Shown here piece after piece: positions 21,765 through 33,532 of a DNA stretch of 64,000 bases (position 1 is its first letter; each line of letters starts with the position of its first letter). The stretch is from Nitrosopumilaceae archaeon (lineage in GTDB: Archaea > Thermoproteota > Nitrososphaeria > Nitrososphaerales > Nitrosopumilaceae), in contig CBDATR010000024.1 in the NCBI GenBank assembly GCA_965200155.1, positions 1 to 64,000 on the forward strand, given 5' to 3'. Below the pieces are notes generated by a model. That model saw nothing but the letters and a program-made list of their open reading frames with translations. It made no database searches and was not told the DNA's origin. The position numbers were made by a program, and so were the translations under genes.

Positions 21765-22514
21765 ATGTTGCTGGTAGTAAACTTCAAGAATTATCGCATT
21801 GACTTTCAAGACACGATTCGTTTTGCACAGAAGGCAGCCGAGATATCTGACCGGTATGGGGTGCCTATAGCTTTAGCTCCTCCACACTTTGCACTCTCGT
21901 CTATGCTTGTTACCGCTTACTTTCCATCTAGTGTATATGATATGACCACTCAAGAGATAGTGGAAAGTGGCGATGCTCCCATGGCCGGAGACAATCTGTT
22001 TATGTTGGCCCAACATGTAGATACTAATCCGCCCGGCAGCTCGACTGGATTTGTGGTTCCGGAACTTTTGAGTGACATAGGCATACAGGGCTCTATAATA
22101 AACCACACCGAGCACCCTGTTGAGCCGAGTCAAATAGCACATCTTATCCCCCGACTTCAGAATCTGACTATGATGTCCATAGTATGCGCCCGGGACGCAA
22201 GGGAGTGTGGCGAATATGCCAAACTAGATCCTACCTTTGTCGCTGTGGAACCTCCGGAACTCATTGGTACGGGCAAGTCTGTCTCAACTTATGAGCCGGA
22301 TCTCATTAAGGACGCAGCCGCGGCAGTGCGTGATGCTGGTACGTCAACTAGGCTGCTGTGTGGGGCCGGCATCACGTCCGGCGATGACGTGGTCAAAGCC
22401 ATGTCTCTTGGTTCAAGTGGTGTCCTTGTGGCCAGTGGTGTTGTTACCACTCCTGATCCGGCGGCAGCATTGGAGGATCTTGCTTCTGCAATGATCCCGC
22501 GCCGTGTGGATTAG
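21765..22514 (+). CDS. tpiA: Triosephosphate isomerase, archaeal type
   Basis: NFKNY, AQH, NHTEH, AVEPPELIGTG, CGAGI, GVLVASGVV. Confidence 0.95.
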   Translation: MLLVVNFKNYRIDFQDTIRFAQKAAEISDRYGVPIALAPPHFALSSMLVTAYFPSSVYDMTTQEIVESGDAPMAGDNLFMLAQHVDTNPPGSSTGFVVPELLSDIGIQGSIINHTEHPVEPSQIAHLIPRLQNLTMMSIVCARDARECGEYAKLDPTFVAVEPPELIGTGKSVSTYEPDLIKDAAAAVRDAGTSTRLLCGAGITSGDDVVKAMSLGSSGVLVASGVVTTPDPAAALEDLASAMIPRRVD

Positions 22515-22549
22515 ATAATATTTCCCTGATTGGTGACATCTTGATAGTT

Positions 22550-24037
22550 TTACGGCGTACTCGATATCGCATTAATGATACGATCAAAGACTTGATATGG
22601 CTGGTTTCCTGCTACACGTTCCATACCTCCGGGGCCAACCAGCACAAAGGAGGGGGTATGGTTAAAGCCAGCCTGTGTGGCTTGCTCCCTGTTAAACTGT
22701 ATTCTCTCACTATGATCTCGCTCAAGACATGAGCCAAACTCCTCCAGATCAAGGCTTATCTCTTCGGCAAATTCCATGGCTAACTCATGGGCATCTCTAT
22801 TACTTAGTAATTCCTGCTGGTTCTCGTACAATATGTCGTGAAACTCCCAATACTTTTGCTGTTCCTGGGCGCAGTATGTTGCCGCGGCGGCAGTACTGGA
22901 ATCTGGTCCTTTAAACACTAAATCCACAAAGTACAGGTTGGCCTGTCCTGTTTGTATGTGGTCCATCTCAATTACTGGCTTGGTATTATCAAACCACCTT
23001 CTACAATTGGGGCATTGATAGTCGCCAAACTCAATTATGGTTACTTCCGCATTGGGATCACCCAATAAGGGTGATGCAAATCGTAAATCAACCCCTCCCA
23101 AAATCGGTGGGAAATTTACCACAGACGCCCCTATGATATATGTAGGCGTTGCGGTTATGGCCCCCTCGAACAGGTGGTTGTCTATCTCCTGCGCTGTGGT
23201 TACAATATTGGCGTCTTGGGGATTTGTCCATGTGATGTTATGGACCAACCAATACGGAACACGGATATTATCTGCTATTACTATGTCTGGTTGGAATCCT
23301 GCACTAGGTTCACTGTTGGTAAACTGGAACATGTCTGTTGTGTAGTTACCAGCAGGTAAATTGGAATACAATACACCCAAGTTACTGGCAGCATCCATTG
23401 ATGTTGCATCCGTTATTATGTAATGGATGGGCTGGCCGTCCGAATCAAGAGCCGACCGTGTCATAAATGTGGCCATCCTCTCTTGTCTGTCCAACTCAAG
23501 CATCTGGCCCCGGCCGGCCTCCTCATTCACTATGTCCAGCTGTCCATTGGTCCATGCTATCTGGGCTATGCTGAGGGCCACTCCTGTGTCATTTAGCATT
23601 ATGTTTCCCGCAGACGCAGCGCTGCTTACTTCTGTGGCAGAACGCAATGTGGCGGGCTCACCGTTCCAAGTAACCTCGACAACCCTGCTTATGGACGTAT
23701 AATTTGTCTTTTCCGGTGTATACTCAAACACCTCGTTCTGGTACCCTCTGAGTCCGTCCCCCTCGGGGCCATTGGTGAACACATACAGTATATTTGCTGA
23801 TTCGAGAGGAATATCCTGTAGGACACCTATCTCTATGACTGTGCCCTGCTTCTGGGTCACAGCATCATTCCAAACACTGTCGCTGGCCCCGGTTACTGCA
23901 TATAGTACTTCGCTACCATCAATCAGTCCCGCTAGTAGCGGAATTGTTACATGCGTGTCACTGTATTCTTCAGCAACGGACAATGTGGCCACAGGAAGGG
24001 CCAATGCAACCATAGCAAACAGGAGTAGTCTACTCAA
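22550..24037 (-). CDS. Secreted protein with C-terminal DsbA/thioredoxin domain
   Basis: Signal peptide, two internally repeated N-terminal domains, LGDPNA..EFGDYQCPNC, cis-Pro TPSF. Confidence 0.85.
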   Translation of the reverse strand: MSRLLLFAMVALALPVATLSVAEEYSDTHVTIPLLAGLIDGSEVLYAVTGASDSVWNDAVTQKQGTVIEIGVLQDIPLESANILYVFTNGPEGDGLRGYQNEVFEYTPEKTNYTSISRVVEVTWNGEPATLRSATEVSSAASAGNIMLNDTGVALSIAQIAWTNGQLDIVNEEAGRGQMLELDRQERMATFMTRSALDSDGQPIHYIITDATSMDAASNLGVLYSNLPAGNYTTDMFQFTNSEPSAGFQPDIVIADNIRVPYWLVHNITWTNPQDANIVTTAQEIDNHLFEGAITATPTYIIGASVVNFPPILGGVDLRFASPLLGDPNAEVTIIEFGDYQCPNCRRWFDNTKPVIEMDHIQTGQANLYFVDLVFKGPDSSTAAAATYCAQEQQKYWEFHDILYENQQELLSNRDAHELAMEFAEEISLDLEEFGSCLERDHSERIQFNREQATQAGFNHTPSFVLVGPGGMERVAGNQPYQVFDRIINAISSTP

Positions 24038-24171
24038 TATCTCTGGACATCATTACACTAGTATAAAATCAATCGGGTGTGGGTTCGGGTTTTTTGCATG
24101 ACTAAATCGTGCTAATCGTAACCGTTTAGGTCGCGTAAATCTATGGGTGTATGTAAAATAGAAAAAACAAG

Positions 24172-24263
24172 GTATGAGTTCACGTCTTCCGGAATCTTGT
24201 GCACAAATCACATTAACTGTCGCGATCAGTTGTGCGTAAATTTAGACACAGGTGAACTCATAC
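24172..24263 (+). mobile_element. 92-bp MITE copy
   Basis: TSD AAAACAAG; sits just inside an orphan GTAACCGTTTAGGTCG end at 24118. Confidence 0.95.
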
Positions 24264-24400
24264 AAAACAAGAGCGTACATGTTCGCGTTCGGGGGCGGCC
24301 TGAATGGTTACAGTATCTGGCTGCCATTATTCATCTGCTGATTTGTTCCGGCGCGGATTCCTGTTGTAACCTGAATGTATAGAGTTATGGGAGTTATACA

Positions 24401-24432
24401 ATATGAGTTCGCGTCTCTAGATGAACTCATAC
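24401..24432. mobile_element. 32-bp internally deleted mini-MITE
   Basis: ATATGAGTTCGCGTCTCTAGATGAACTCATAC: only the two TIRs remain. Confidence 0.6.
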
Positions 24433-24852
24433 ATGTATGCCAAACCATCATTCCATGAATGCGACAGCCTCGCCGATGATAACATCTCCATCGAACATTA
24501 CAACCGTATAGACACCTGGACCGTGCCTCTGTATCACCTGTTCTATATCCGCTATTATGACAAAAGAGTCACTCCATCGAGTTACTTCTATGTATGGAAT
24601 GGTGACAAATTCTGTGCTTTGCAGGGGGAACCAGGTTATTGTGTTATAGTATGATGTTGAGGCAGGTGCATTTGGTGATATATCATATGGATCAGGACAG
24701 GAGGAAACAAGTACCCACGTCATTTGATCCGGGTAGTAGTAGCCGGGGGCTCTATTATAGCTGCTACAAGTGTTCCATAGTCATAACAGTATGTCCTCTC
24801 TACCTGTCCTCTTGTTAGGTTGTATTGTGGCGGATCATGATATAATGAGACG

Positions 24853-26561
24853 GTAATCGTTTAGGTCGTCCTTGGCAAAGAGAAATGTATTTCACCAGAT
24901 TGTTCTTGGCGTAATAGACTAACTTGCCCCAAGTATTGACAGGCGCATATCAGTCGTGTTGAGTCCACGCTTTCTACACGTCATCATGCAGGTCAGGATG
25001 TTCTCGACTACCTGCATACCCTTGTTCGAACCCCAAGACATGTGGTATCTTGCGGTGTATGACAAAGCGGAGCAGCATGCGCTCAGACTCGTTATTAGTG
25101 GGGGCCATACCAGGGTAGCGCAGGAATGTAAACAGATTTGGAGATGCGCCTTCCAGCTTATCGCCGAATTTTACGCCCAGCTTTTGCCACTGGGTGGCAA
25201 TGGAGAGTACGCGCATCTGAAGCGAATCTAGAATATCCGGAGCCATCTCTTCAGGATTCATGTCCCGGGCCTCGGCGTGTATTTCCTGAAGCATGTTATG
25301 CAAGGTTTCCGGTGGACCGGGCCCGGATGCATCTTTTGATTCCCTTAATATGCGTGCCCAGCACCTCTGTATTGTCAAATATGTTATATCCGGCATATCT
25401 GTCACACGTGATTGGCTTGTCCAAGATATTTGGATAACTATTTTTGATTACTGTTGATGAGCGCGATTGTTCCAGTGTATGTGCCACGCTGTCATTTCCG
25501 CTACATACCCACGCGTATGCAGTCTTGCCGTTCAGTGAGAGGGGGGTCTCATCCATCAGTATTGGATTTGGATAAATCGTCCCGGATTCCTTCCACTTCT
25601 GCCATTTTTTTCAGATACGGCTTCCAGGGCGTGCTGTATTGTTGCCTTGCATGATTGCACTCTATACATTTGCATGCTATCGGCGATACCCTGTAGTGTT
25701 GAGTCATTGTCATATGAGTTGATCATGATGGTTAGTAAGTTGGGTCCAAACTGCGTGCCTGGGTATCACTCCGGGCTCATGTGCCATATCCGTAATGGTA
25801 TGGCATTTCCCGGCACTCCTCTGTTATGTGTGCGGTAACCTTCGCTTTCGGAATGGCGGGTATGCCTGTTGTTGTGACATTGCCGGTCTTTTCGAGATTC
25901 GTAGAGCCGCATTTTGAGCATTTGTCAGGTGTCTTGCGCACTATTTTGTCCGGCTTTCTGTTGGGGGATTGGCCCTTGTGCCCATTCTTACGGCCGCGCT
26001 GGATTGGGGGTTTTCGCTGCATTTACCTTTGTGCGGCTCTTTTAGTCCTCTGCGGGATGGAGTTCTGGGATGGTGGGGTATGCGGGTTCTCATAATATTT
26101 TACTTGATTTCAATGAGCCTGCATGTCAATTACTGTCTCCAGATTCCTGATCCATGCAGTCTGTATATGGTTGAACGTCTGGTACTCGCCATTGATCCTA
26201 CTACTTGTATGCACCCATGAGATTTGTGTACTTGTCAGTGTAAGAGTTCGCCATCCGGGAGCTTTACAACAAATTAGTATTTATGCTTGCGGTCGAACCG
26301 TTCCTTTGTGCACGCTAAACGTGTTAGTTCCTTGTACTGCTCTATGGCGATTGCCTCCAGCTCCCTGATCCGTGCATCCAGTACCCGGCTGATCGTAGCA
26401 CGCTCCTCATTACTCTTGGTAAGTCTATTGATCTCATCCATGAGTCAGGCATTCCTGTCACGTAACATCTTGACTTCCGGGTCTTCCATCTGGCGTGTAT
26501 TGACGTAACCAGGATATATGGTTGGCGTAAAGCTGACCCTTCACACGACCTAAACGGTTAC
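24853..26561 (-). mobile_element. Second IS66 family element, pseudogenised
   Basis: TIRs GTAATCGTTTAGGTCG and CGACCTAAACGGTTAC; fragments YYENPHTPPS, GRKNGHKG, CSKCG, DETP, TCDRYAGY, PTNNESERMLL. Confidence 0.85.
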
Positions 26562-27211
26562 CATACGCGTGGGTGTGTAACGGAAATAACAGCGTGGCGT
26601 ACAAGCTGGAGGTATGGCGCTCAGCCGAGATGATCAGAACGCACTACCCGGACATACTTGACAAGCCAATCACGTGTGACGGATATTCCGGATATAACAT
26701 ATTTGTCAACAGGCAGAATGCTGGGCACACATACTGCGAGAATCCGAAGACTCATCCGGGCCCGGTTCACCGGAAACGTTGCATAAACTGTTACAGGAAA
26801 TATACGCCGAGGCCCGGGACATGAATCCGGAAGAGGTAACTCCGGATATCCTAGATTCGTTCGAGATACGCGTGCGTTCCATTGCCACTCAGTGGCAAAA
26901 GATGGGTGTCAAATTCGGCGATAAGCTGGAACGCGCCTCGCCGGACATGTTTACATTCCTGCGCTGCCCTGGCATGGCCCCCATCAGTAACAAGTCTGAG
27001 CGCATGCTGCGCCGCTTCGTCATACATCGCAAGATACGCATGTCACTAGGCTCAACCAAGTGCATGCAGGTAGTCGAGAATGTAAAAATGACGTGGAGAA
27101 AGTGTGTACTCAACACAGATACTGTCCATACTCGGGGCAAGCTAGAAGAACGCCGCAAGAGCAATCAGACGTAATACATTTCTCTTTGCTAGGAGCGACC
27201 TAAACGGTTAT
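26562..27211 (+). pseudogene. 3' half of another copy of the second IS66 family
   Basis: AWVC, TCDGYSGY, SNKSERMLRRFVIHRKI; right TIR CGACCTAAACGGTTAT. Confidence 0.8.
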
Positions 27212-27259
27212 GCATTTGTTATAAAAACAATTAAATCGGCAGTCTGGTGTCCTGTCTGT

Positions 27260-27442
27260 ATGGCAACTCACGGTTCGTTGACAAAAGCGGGCAAAGTACG
27301 TGGTCAGACTCCAAAAGTGGAAGGCCGCAAGCGAACAGGAACCAATTCCAGTTTGCAAAATAAGGATAACTACCGCAAGCGTATCAATCTAAAAAGATAT
27401 CCTGGCCAGAATAAGCCAAACCAGAGACGCCGAAAGCGCTAG
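27260..27442 (+). CDS. rps30e: 30S ribosomal protein S30e
   Basis: HGSLTKAGKVRGQTPKV signature. Confidence 0.95.
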   Translation: MATHGSLTKAGKVRGQTPKVEGRKRTGTNSSLQNKDNYRKRINLKRYPGQNKPNQRRRKR

Positions 27443-27818
27443 GTGTAACTAGTAAGTTTGATCCATTCCTTCTTGTATGATTCATTGACGTTTACATGCT
27501 AGACACGTAGTCTGGGTCGCCCTTTGCCATGTGGTATTGTCCGCTAAAATCGTTCATGCATCTCTCACTATTTGGATGGTTACTCATCACGCCTTTGGAC
27601 TTGGCGGGAGTCATTTCTGTGTGGCGCACTTATGATTGGCACCGAACTTGACACGCCACTTACGCTTCACAGTGATCTCTGGTATGTGTTCACACTTTTT
27701 CATTTCCTGCCAATCATAATCCACACAAAGACGGATTCACACGTTCACTGTATATCCTAAATGGTTTTCTAAAAAAACGCGCGAATAAGTTAAATTTTGC
27801 TATGTAAATCCTTGTACT

Positions 27819-29867
27819 ATGAGACTACGCAAATTTCGTGTTAGGGCTTTTCGTTGTATTCACGACTCTGGGGAAATATCCGTAGCAGATCTTGCCGCCT
27901 TTGTGGGAAAAAATGAGAGCGGAAAGACCACAATACTTCAGGCCCTCCTATTACTTAACAGAGAAGAATCCGTCTCGGATCTGGATCTCTGTGATGAAAT
28001 GTCCGACGAACTGAAATCCGAGATTACATTGGTGGAGGGCCAGTTCCAGCTTACACCCGCGGAGACCGCCATGATAAAGGAAAGGTTCCCCCAAGTCCCG
28101 GAAATCAAGACCATGAGACTGTTTCGTACAAACAAAGTTCATGACGTTCAGTACGATTTTGGCGACATAGTCATAAGTGAGGAGCCACAGCAGGATGCTG
28201 TATCTTGGAATGGATTGTCGCAACAGGTACAACTCTTTCTTGATACCATCCCTAACCATATACGCGAGAAGATGGATGCCGGTTTCTTTGAGGGTCGTGC
28301 TCCTGCCAGCAAAGCTGACTTTGATGCTGGTATGAAACACTTCAACGAGACTGTGCGCAGAATTGCCATACATGAGGAAGAGGTGGTGGGCGAGTGGTTA
28401 CTAATATACAAGGATCCTAGAAACCAGTACGAGAAACTAACCCAAGGTGTAAGTGAGAGGGATAGGCTGGTTGAGTATATTGGACGGGATCTGCATCCGC
28501 GCTTTGTTTATTTCTCTGACTACAAAAAAATCTACGGTAACATAAACCTCAATGAATTTATGCGAGAGCAGTCGGGTCCGCGGACTGACTCGGTAGAATA
28601 TGTAGAAGAGTTCGACAAGGCTGAGACTGTACGTAACCTGTTCTATTTGGCAGAGCTGGATCTTCATGCTCTAAGAGCCAGTAATGACAGTCCATCCACG
28701 CTGATAAAACTGCTTAATACGGCCAGCAACCGTCTAACAAAGCGTCTTAATCCAACATGGAAGGGGGATCCTATCCGTGTTGATCTAAGATACAACCCCG
28801 GCAATATAATGAGCTTGGTAATATCTGACGTGCATCGGGATGGCACCATAACCAATATGGGTTTGCTGAGCCGCCGTGCAGAGGGATTCAAATGGACATT
28901 CTCGTTTATAGTGAACTTTGCCGCAGAGACGCAGCGTGCAGAACTTAAGGAGGCCATACTACTTTTGGACGAGCCAGCACGAAATCTCCATCCTACCCAA
29001 CAAATGGGTATAGCTGATCTGTTGCGGGATTTGGCTGGATCAAATCAAGTACTGTATGCCACACATTCCCCGTTTATGATATTTGACTACAACCCAGGCA
29101 ATTTGTTGGCGGTGGAGTTGGATCGACGCCTACATTTGAGTAGAATATTCTCTGATTATTGGAATGCTGATGACAGTACTCTTACTCCCATAATGTATGG
29201 ACTGTCTAGGGGACTGGTTCAGTCAATGACAGATAGGTGGATTGGAGTCAATTCTAGGCCTATAATTATAGTAGAGACCATGTCCGATGCCATGTATCTT
29301 AACGCCTTTGACAAATTTCTGGAAGATCCAAACATATCAATGAATCCGCTTAACGTGATTCCCAGCTACTCAAAAGACGCAGTTCTACCACTGGCCACAT
29401 TTTACAAGAATCACGACTACAAGACCTTGGTATTGTTAGATGACAGCGCCGAATCCCATCATATAGCATCTCGCCTTACCCGCAATGGATTCTCCCCCAA
29501 TCAGGTAATATTCTATGAGGTTAGTGGCAAGAAACTAAAGACAATCGAAGACTATATGGATCCTGCCGATTACATGTATGCTGTAAATCAGACCTATGAG
29601 GTGAAGTTGCGCGCCGAGGGCTATACACCACTCTCACCGGAATTGGTTGGCGATGGTGGAATTGTGGGCTCACTACAGGGAATTTGGAAGGATCACCATG
29701 ACCGGGGTTGGGGCAAGTTTGATCCCATGGAGATTACAAGATATGTGTGCAACAAGATAGCCACCGGTAGTACTAATTTTCTGGGCGAGAATACCCGCGA
29801 CAACTTTAGAATGTTATACCGTACGATCGCGGAGCGCATACGACTGCACCACGAACACCAAGACTAG
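27819..29867 (+). CDS. OLD-family-like ABC ATPase with TOPRIM-like C-terminus
   Basis: GKNESGKT, LLLDEP..LHP..Q, ATHSPF, IIVE..SD, LLDD. Confidence 0.8.
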   Translation: MRLRKFRVRAFRCIHDSGEISVADLAAFVGKNESGKTTILQALLLLNREESVSDLDLCDEMSDELKSEITLVEGQFQLTPAETAMIKERFPQVPEIKTMRLFRTNKVHDVQYDFGDIVISEEPQQDAVSWNGLSQQVQLFLDTIPNHIREKMDAGFFEGRAPASKADFDAGMKHFNETVRRIAIHEEEVVGEWLLIYKDPRNQYEKLTQGVSERDRLVEYIGRDLHPRFVYFSDYKKIYGNINLNEFMREQSGPRTDSVEYVEEFDKAETVRNLFYLAELDLHALRASNDSPSTLIKLLNTASNRLTKRLNPTWKGDPIRVDLRYNPGNIMSLVISDVHRDGTITNMGLLSRRAEGFKWTFSFIVNFAAETQRAELKEAILLLDEPARNLHPTQQMGIADLLRDLAGSNQVLYATHSPFMIFDYNPGNLLAVELDRRLHLSRIFSDYWNADDSTLTPIMYGLSRGLVQSMTDRWIGVNSRPIIIVETMSDAMYLNAFDKFLEDPNISMNPLNVIPSYSKDAVLPLATFYKNHDYKTLVLLDDSAESHHIASRLTRNGFSPNQVIFYEVSGKKLKTIEDYMDPADYMYAVNQTYEVKLRAEGYTPLSPELVGDGGIVGSLQGIWKDHHDRGWGKFDPMEITRYVCNKIATGSTNFLGENTRDNFRMLYRTIAERIRLHHEHQD

Positions 29868-29929
29868 TGTGCCCTGCACTAGCATTAAAGATGGGTAACA
29901 GTTATTTTCTTATTTTGTATTGAGATACT

Positions 29930-31996
29930 ATGTTACCATATGTTATAGTGGCGGCGTTTTTGGTAGTAACTCTTCCTTCCGCATTCGCGGAGATTGATCT
30001 GGATGTATCCATACTGGATGATAGTATCTTGGTAGAATTCACAAACACCTCCAATATGATAGCATCCGGTATTATACTATGGACCGGTGGAGATCAAATT
30101 CTGTCATATGCCGTAGAGCCCGGGTGGAGGGCGCAGGTGGATGACACTAGTATGAGAGTGACGGGAAGCCTGTCCCCTGATCAGACACTGAGGGTTGGAC
30201 TTGTACTTAATGGTACCAAGAGTGGATTAGCTTGGCAGGCGAATTTTGGAGAGGCGCAGCACAGGGATTGGATACTGGAACCAGAGACAGATATAACAGA
30301 GCCTGAGGATGTGACCGTTAACCCATCTGGTGAAGAATCACTTCAATACATAGAGTATGGAATACTGGAGATGTCTACACTCCGTATTATTCCGGAGAAG
30401 CCCATGGCGGGCAATCCTGCTAGGTTGGTAGGTGGCAGCTTTGGAATGAATCAGGATCTGATACTTAGTATTGATGGCAGGAATATCTCAACCATAACCA
30501 CCGACAGCTCGGGAAACTTTGTAGTAACCCATACCATCCCGGAACATCTTGAGGATCGAATAGATGTAACACTACAAGACTCCCAGGGGCGCGAGACTCA
30601 GATAAGTATAAGGTTGAATGATACGCCACTGACAGATACGGCATCTCACATATTGTCAATAGAACCTATCCGAGAGCCACACTTCCGGGGTGAACCAATA
30701 ACCATATCCGGAACCGCTGAACCATACTCTGTAATATCTGCAACACTATTTGATTTGCGCGATATCCAGGTAACTTCCATACCGGTATTCGTGGGGCAGG
30801 ATGGACAGTGGAACTGGGATGTACTGGTACCTCTTGATATGCCCTTGGGCGAGTACTACATATCCATATCTGACGGCAGGACTACTGCACAGACAAATCT
30901 GACTCTCGAGTCTACAAAGACCATACTGATAAACCCCACTCACAGTACCTTCGAGAAGGGTTCGTCCTTACGCTTCGGCGGAACCGCGGAGCCAAACCAG
31001 GATATAGAGCTTATACTGCGCAACCCAGCCGGTAACGAGTTGGCTTATGCAACATTATATGTGGATATAACGGGGGAGGTATACTGGGAGTATCCTACGG
31101 ATAACAACTCCCAAGGGGGTACGTATACCCTTGTAGCCACACAAGGAGATGCTGTTGAATTTGCATATGTTGGTCTGGGTACTGCTCCTGTAATACCAGT
31201 CACTGTGCTATTGGATAGGCCTAACTATCCCATAACGGAGACCCCCGCGCTGACCATTGGCGGCGATCCTAACGCGGAGATCTCACTACTTGTGCTAAAC
31301 CCCGCTGACGTTATAGTCTTAGAAGACACTATAACACTCGAGCCCAGCGGACGCGGAACATACAATATGGATATACAAAACTTCTCCACGGGCATATATA
31401 CTATAATACTCAAGAAGGGCACGGCGCAAACTGAACAACAGTTTGGTGTAGGTCTGTCCCCTGCAACCGCTCCTCCTAAACTACAGGTACAGGAGAAGCG
31501 CATTCCAGGTGATCTGGTATTGGTACTAGGTGAGACGAGCCCGAACTCTATAATGACCATATCATTGATTGATCCTCATGGCAATGAGGTGCAACACGAT
31601 GTTGTCTTCTCTGATAGGGTGGGCATGCTAAGTAGTAATAATATACGTGTACCAATGGACGCCGAAGAGGGTGAGTGGAGTATTCGGATAATCAGCGGTT
31701 CCTCCACTTTGTCTCATCCTGTTATTGTGACTAGCGCCACTGATGACACTCTTGCCGGATCTGTCAGGGAGATTAACGGTTCTTTGACAATAGTGGTTAC
31801 CGGTTCCACGAGCACATATGTAACCATAACCATAAGTGACGGCCAGACTGATGTGACAGGCCCCATACGCTCATACATTACGGATCAGGGCATAGGGCAG
31901 TCACCTTGGCAGATTGAGATACCCGGCACGTACATTATAACAATAGATGATGGTAGTGATACAGTACAATTTACGTATGAACATATTACAAAATAG
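29930..31996 (+). CDS. Secreted/surface protein with Ig-like beta-rich repeats
   Basis: Signal peptide; repeated ISGTAEP and GxYxI beta-strand patterns. Confidence 0.7.
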   Translation: MLPYVIVAAFLVVTLPSAFAEIDLDVSILDDSILVEFTNTSNMIASGIILWTGGDQILSYAVEPGWRAQVDDTSMRVTGSLSPDQTLRVGLVLNGTKSGLAWQANFGEAQHRDWILEPETDITEPEDVTVNPSGEESLQYIEYGILEMSTLRIIPEKPMAGNPARLVGGSFGMNQDLILSIDGRNISTITTDSSGNFVVTHTIPEHLEDRIDVTLQDSQGRETQISIRLNDTPLTDTASHILSIEPIREPHFRGEPITISGTAEPYSVISATLFDLRDIQVTSIPVFVGQDGQWNWDVLVPLDMPLGEYYISISDGRTTAQTNLTLESTKTILINPTHSTFEKGSSLRFGGTAEPNQDIELILRNPAGNELAYATLYVDITGEVYWEYPTDNNSQGGTYTLVATQGDAVEFAYVGLGTAPVIPVTVLLDRPNYPITETPALTIGGDPNAEISLLVLNPADVIVLEDTITLEPSGRGTYNMDIQNFSTGIYTIILKKGTAQTEQQFGVGLSPATAPPKLQVQEKRIPGDLVLVLGETSPNSIMTISLIDPHGNEVQHDVVFSDRVGMLSSNNIRVPMDAEEGEWSIRIISGSSTLSHPVIVTSATDDTLAGSVREINGSLTIVVTGSTSTYVTITISDGQTDVTGPIRSYITDQGIGQSPWQIEIPGTYIITIDDGSDTVQFTYEHITK

Positions 31997-32044
31997 TCTA
32001 AATTCATGTAGAAAAACAGTGACGCAACGGGGGACTTTGGTAGT

Positions 32045-32338
32045 TTACAGGGATATGGTGCCTATCTCGTCCTTTGATACCCCTTTCCACAAGCCTATCA
32101 TGCCCTGTGGCTCTACCGCTTCCACGCGGGTTATGCGCTGTATCTTTATGTGATCTGGATTGTGGGGTGCCCACAACATGGCCATATAGTCTCCTACATC
32201 GCCAACCTTGTCGGGCGCCGCATCTACTACTGTACTGGACGCAAACCCAGCGCCTGTCAGGACCGCCAAAGCTTTCTCTCGCAAGTCTCTGCGGCCATGG
32301 GTAAACAGGTAGACAGGCTTGCCCTCTTCTATATCCAT
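32045..32338 (-). CDS. Hypothetical protein
   Basis: Compact ORF starting MDIEEGKPVYLF; the upstream extension runs into the IS481 TIR. Confidence 0.6.
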   Translation of the reverse strand: MDIEEGKPVYLFTHGRRDLREKALAVLTGAGFASSTVVDAAPDKVGDVGDYMAMLWAPHNPDHIKIQRITRVEAVEPQGMIGLWKGVSKDEIGTISL

Positions 32339-32372
32339 AATGTTGTCTGGATTGTGTGGTAAATCAATCTTG

Positions 32373-33480
32373 TGTATTATACAAAAATTAGGTCGCACTA
32401 ATTTTAAGGCCCTTGCAAAGGATTATGATTCATCATTCAACGCGAGTTTCAAGGAAACTTACAGATGAGTAACGGCTCTGCAAGAAAGGAGAGTCAAGCA
32501 GGAACATTACAGCAAGTATGAAGGTCTCACAGAGACATATTCAGCGCCTGTATGCAGAGTATCATAATGCCGGTACAATATACACGCACAATCAGAACCA
32601 GGCCGTCCAATCCAAAACCTGACTCAGATACAATTGATGTGGTACTGCGCCAGTGCAAGAATGAACCAGCAGGAGTGTTGCAAACAGCAAAGGTACTCCG
32701 CATCACCCAAATACAATACAGTGTACAAAATCATGAAAGACCATGATTTGTATGAGTTCACGTCTTCCGGAATCTTATGCACAAATCACATTAACTGTTG
32801 CGATCAGTTGTGCGTAAATTTAGACACAGGTGAACTCATACCATGATTTAATGGCACCACCGACACGGAAGGGACGGCGCAAATGGGTTAGTTTTGAGAG
32901 AATATATTCAAACGCCATGTGGCACGTGGACTGGCACATCGTGAAGAGCAAAAAATGGGCAGGAATGAAACCTTGTAGTATACCCGGATGATGCCTCACG
33001 ATGCGTTGTTACAGCCAGACTATTCCAGCATGTCACCTCTAAGATCGGTCCTGGCTCTGCATGCTGTAATCAGTATGTTTGGCCACCCTGCCGCCATACA
33101 ATCCGATAGCAGTTCATGCTTTGTAGGCCCAATGACACGTAAAAGAGAGAAACCGAAAAGGTACCTGGAAGCCTACAGTCTTTGAGGTGGCTCTCATTGA
33201 TCTTGGAATCCCCATGATAAACTCAATACCACAGACTAATGGTAAGATGGAGCGGTTCTTCAGGAGTCTTGGGGAAGACATGGAATACTATGGTGGCCTG
33301 TCCAAGTACATCGAGTATTGTAATGAGCGCAGACTGTACTGGTCCCTTGACATCGATAACCTGGAGACTCCGCTCACGGCGTTTCATAACAAAAGAGATA
33401 CATAGTCAATCAGGAAGAGTGACCCAAAAGGGATGGAGCGTGATGCCAATGACTAAGCGACATGATTTTTGTAGAATACA
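32373..33480 (+). mobile_element. IS481-family element remnant
   Basis: TGT..ACA TIRs (TGTATTATACAAAAAT / ATTTTTGTAGAATACA); FERIYSNAMWHVDW, IQSD, PQTNGKMERFFRSL; frameshifted. Confidence 0.8.
32750..32841 (+). mobile_element. 92-bp MITE copy
   Basis: TSD CATGATTT. Confidence 0.95.
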
Positions 33481-33532
33481 TCCAGTAACTGCTGAATAAA
33501 GATTAAATTAACAGTATGTGGTTTTGTGCATT

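Noticed and set aside
24448-24850. Minus-strand fragment ending HGPGVYTVVMF as an intact gene
   Set aside because: It appears frameshifted and truncated by the IS66 end; no family can be assigned with confidence.
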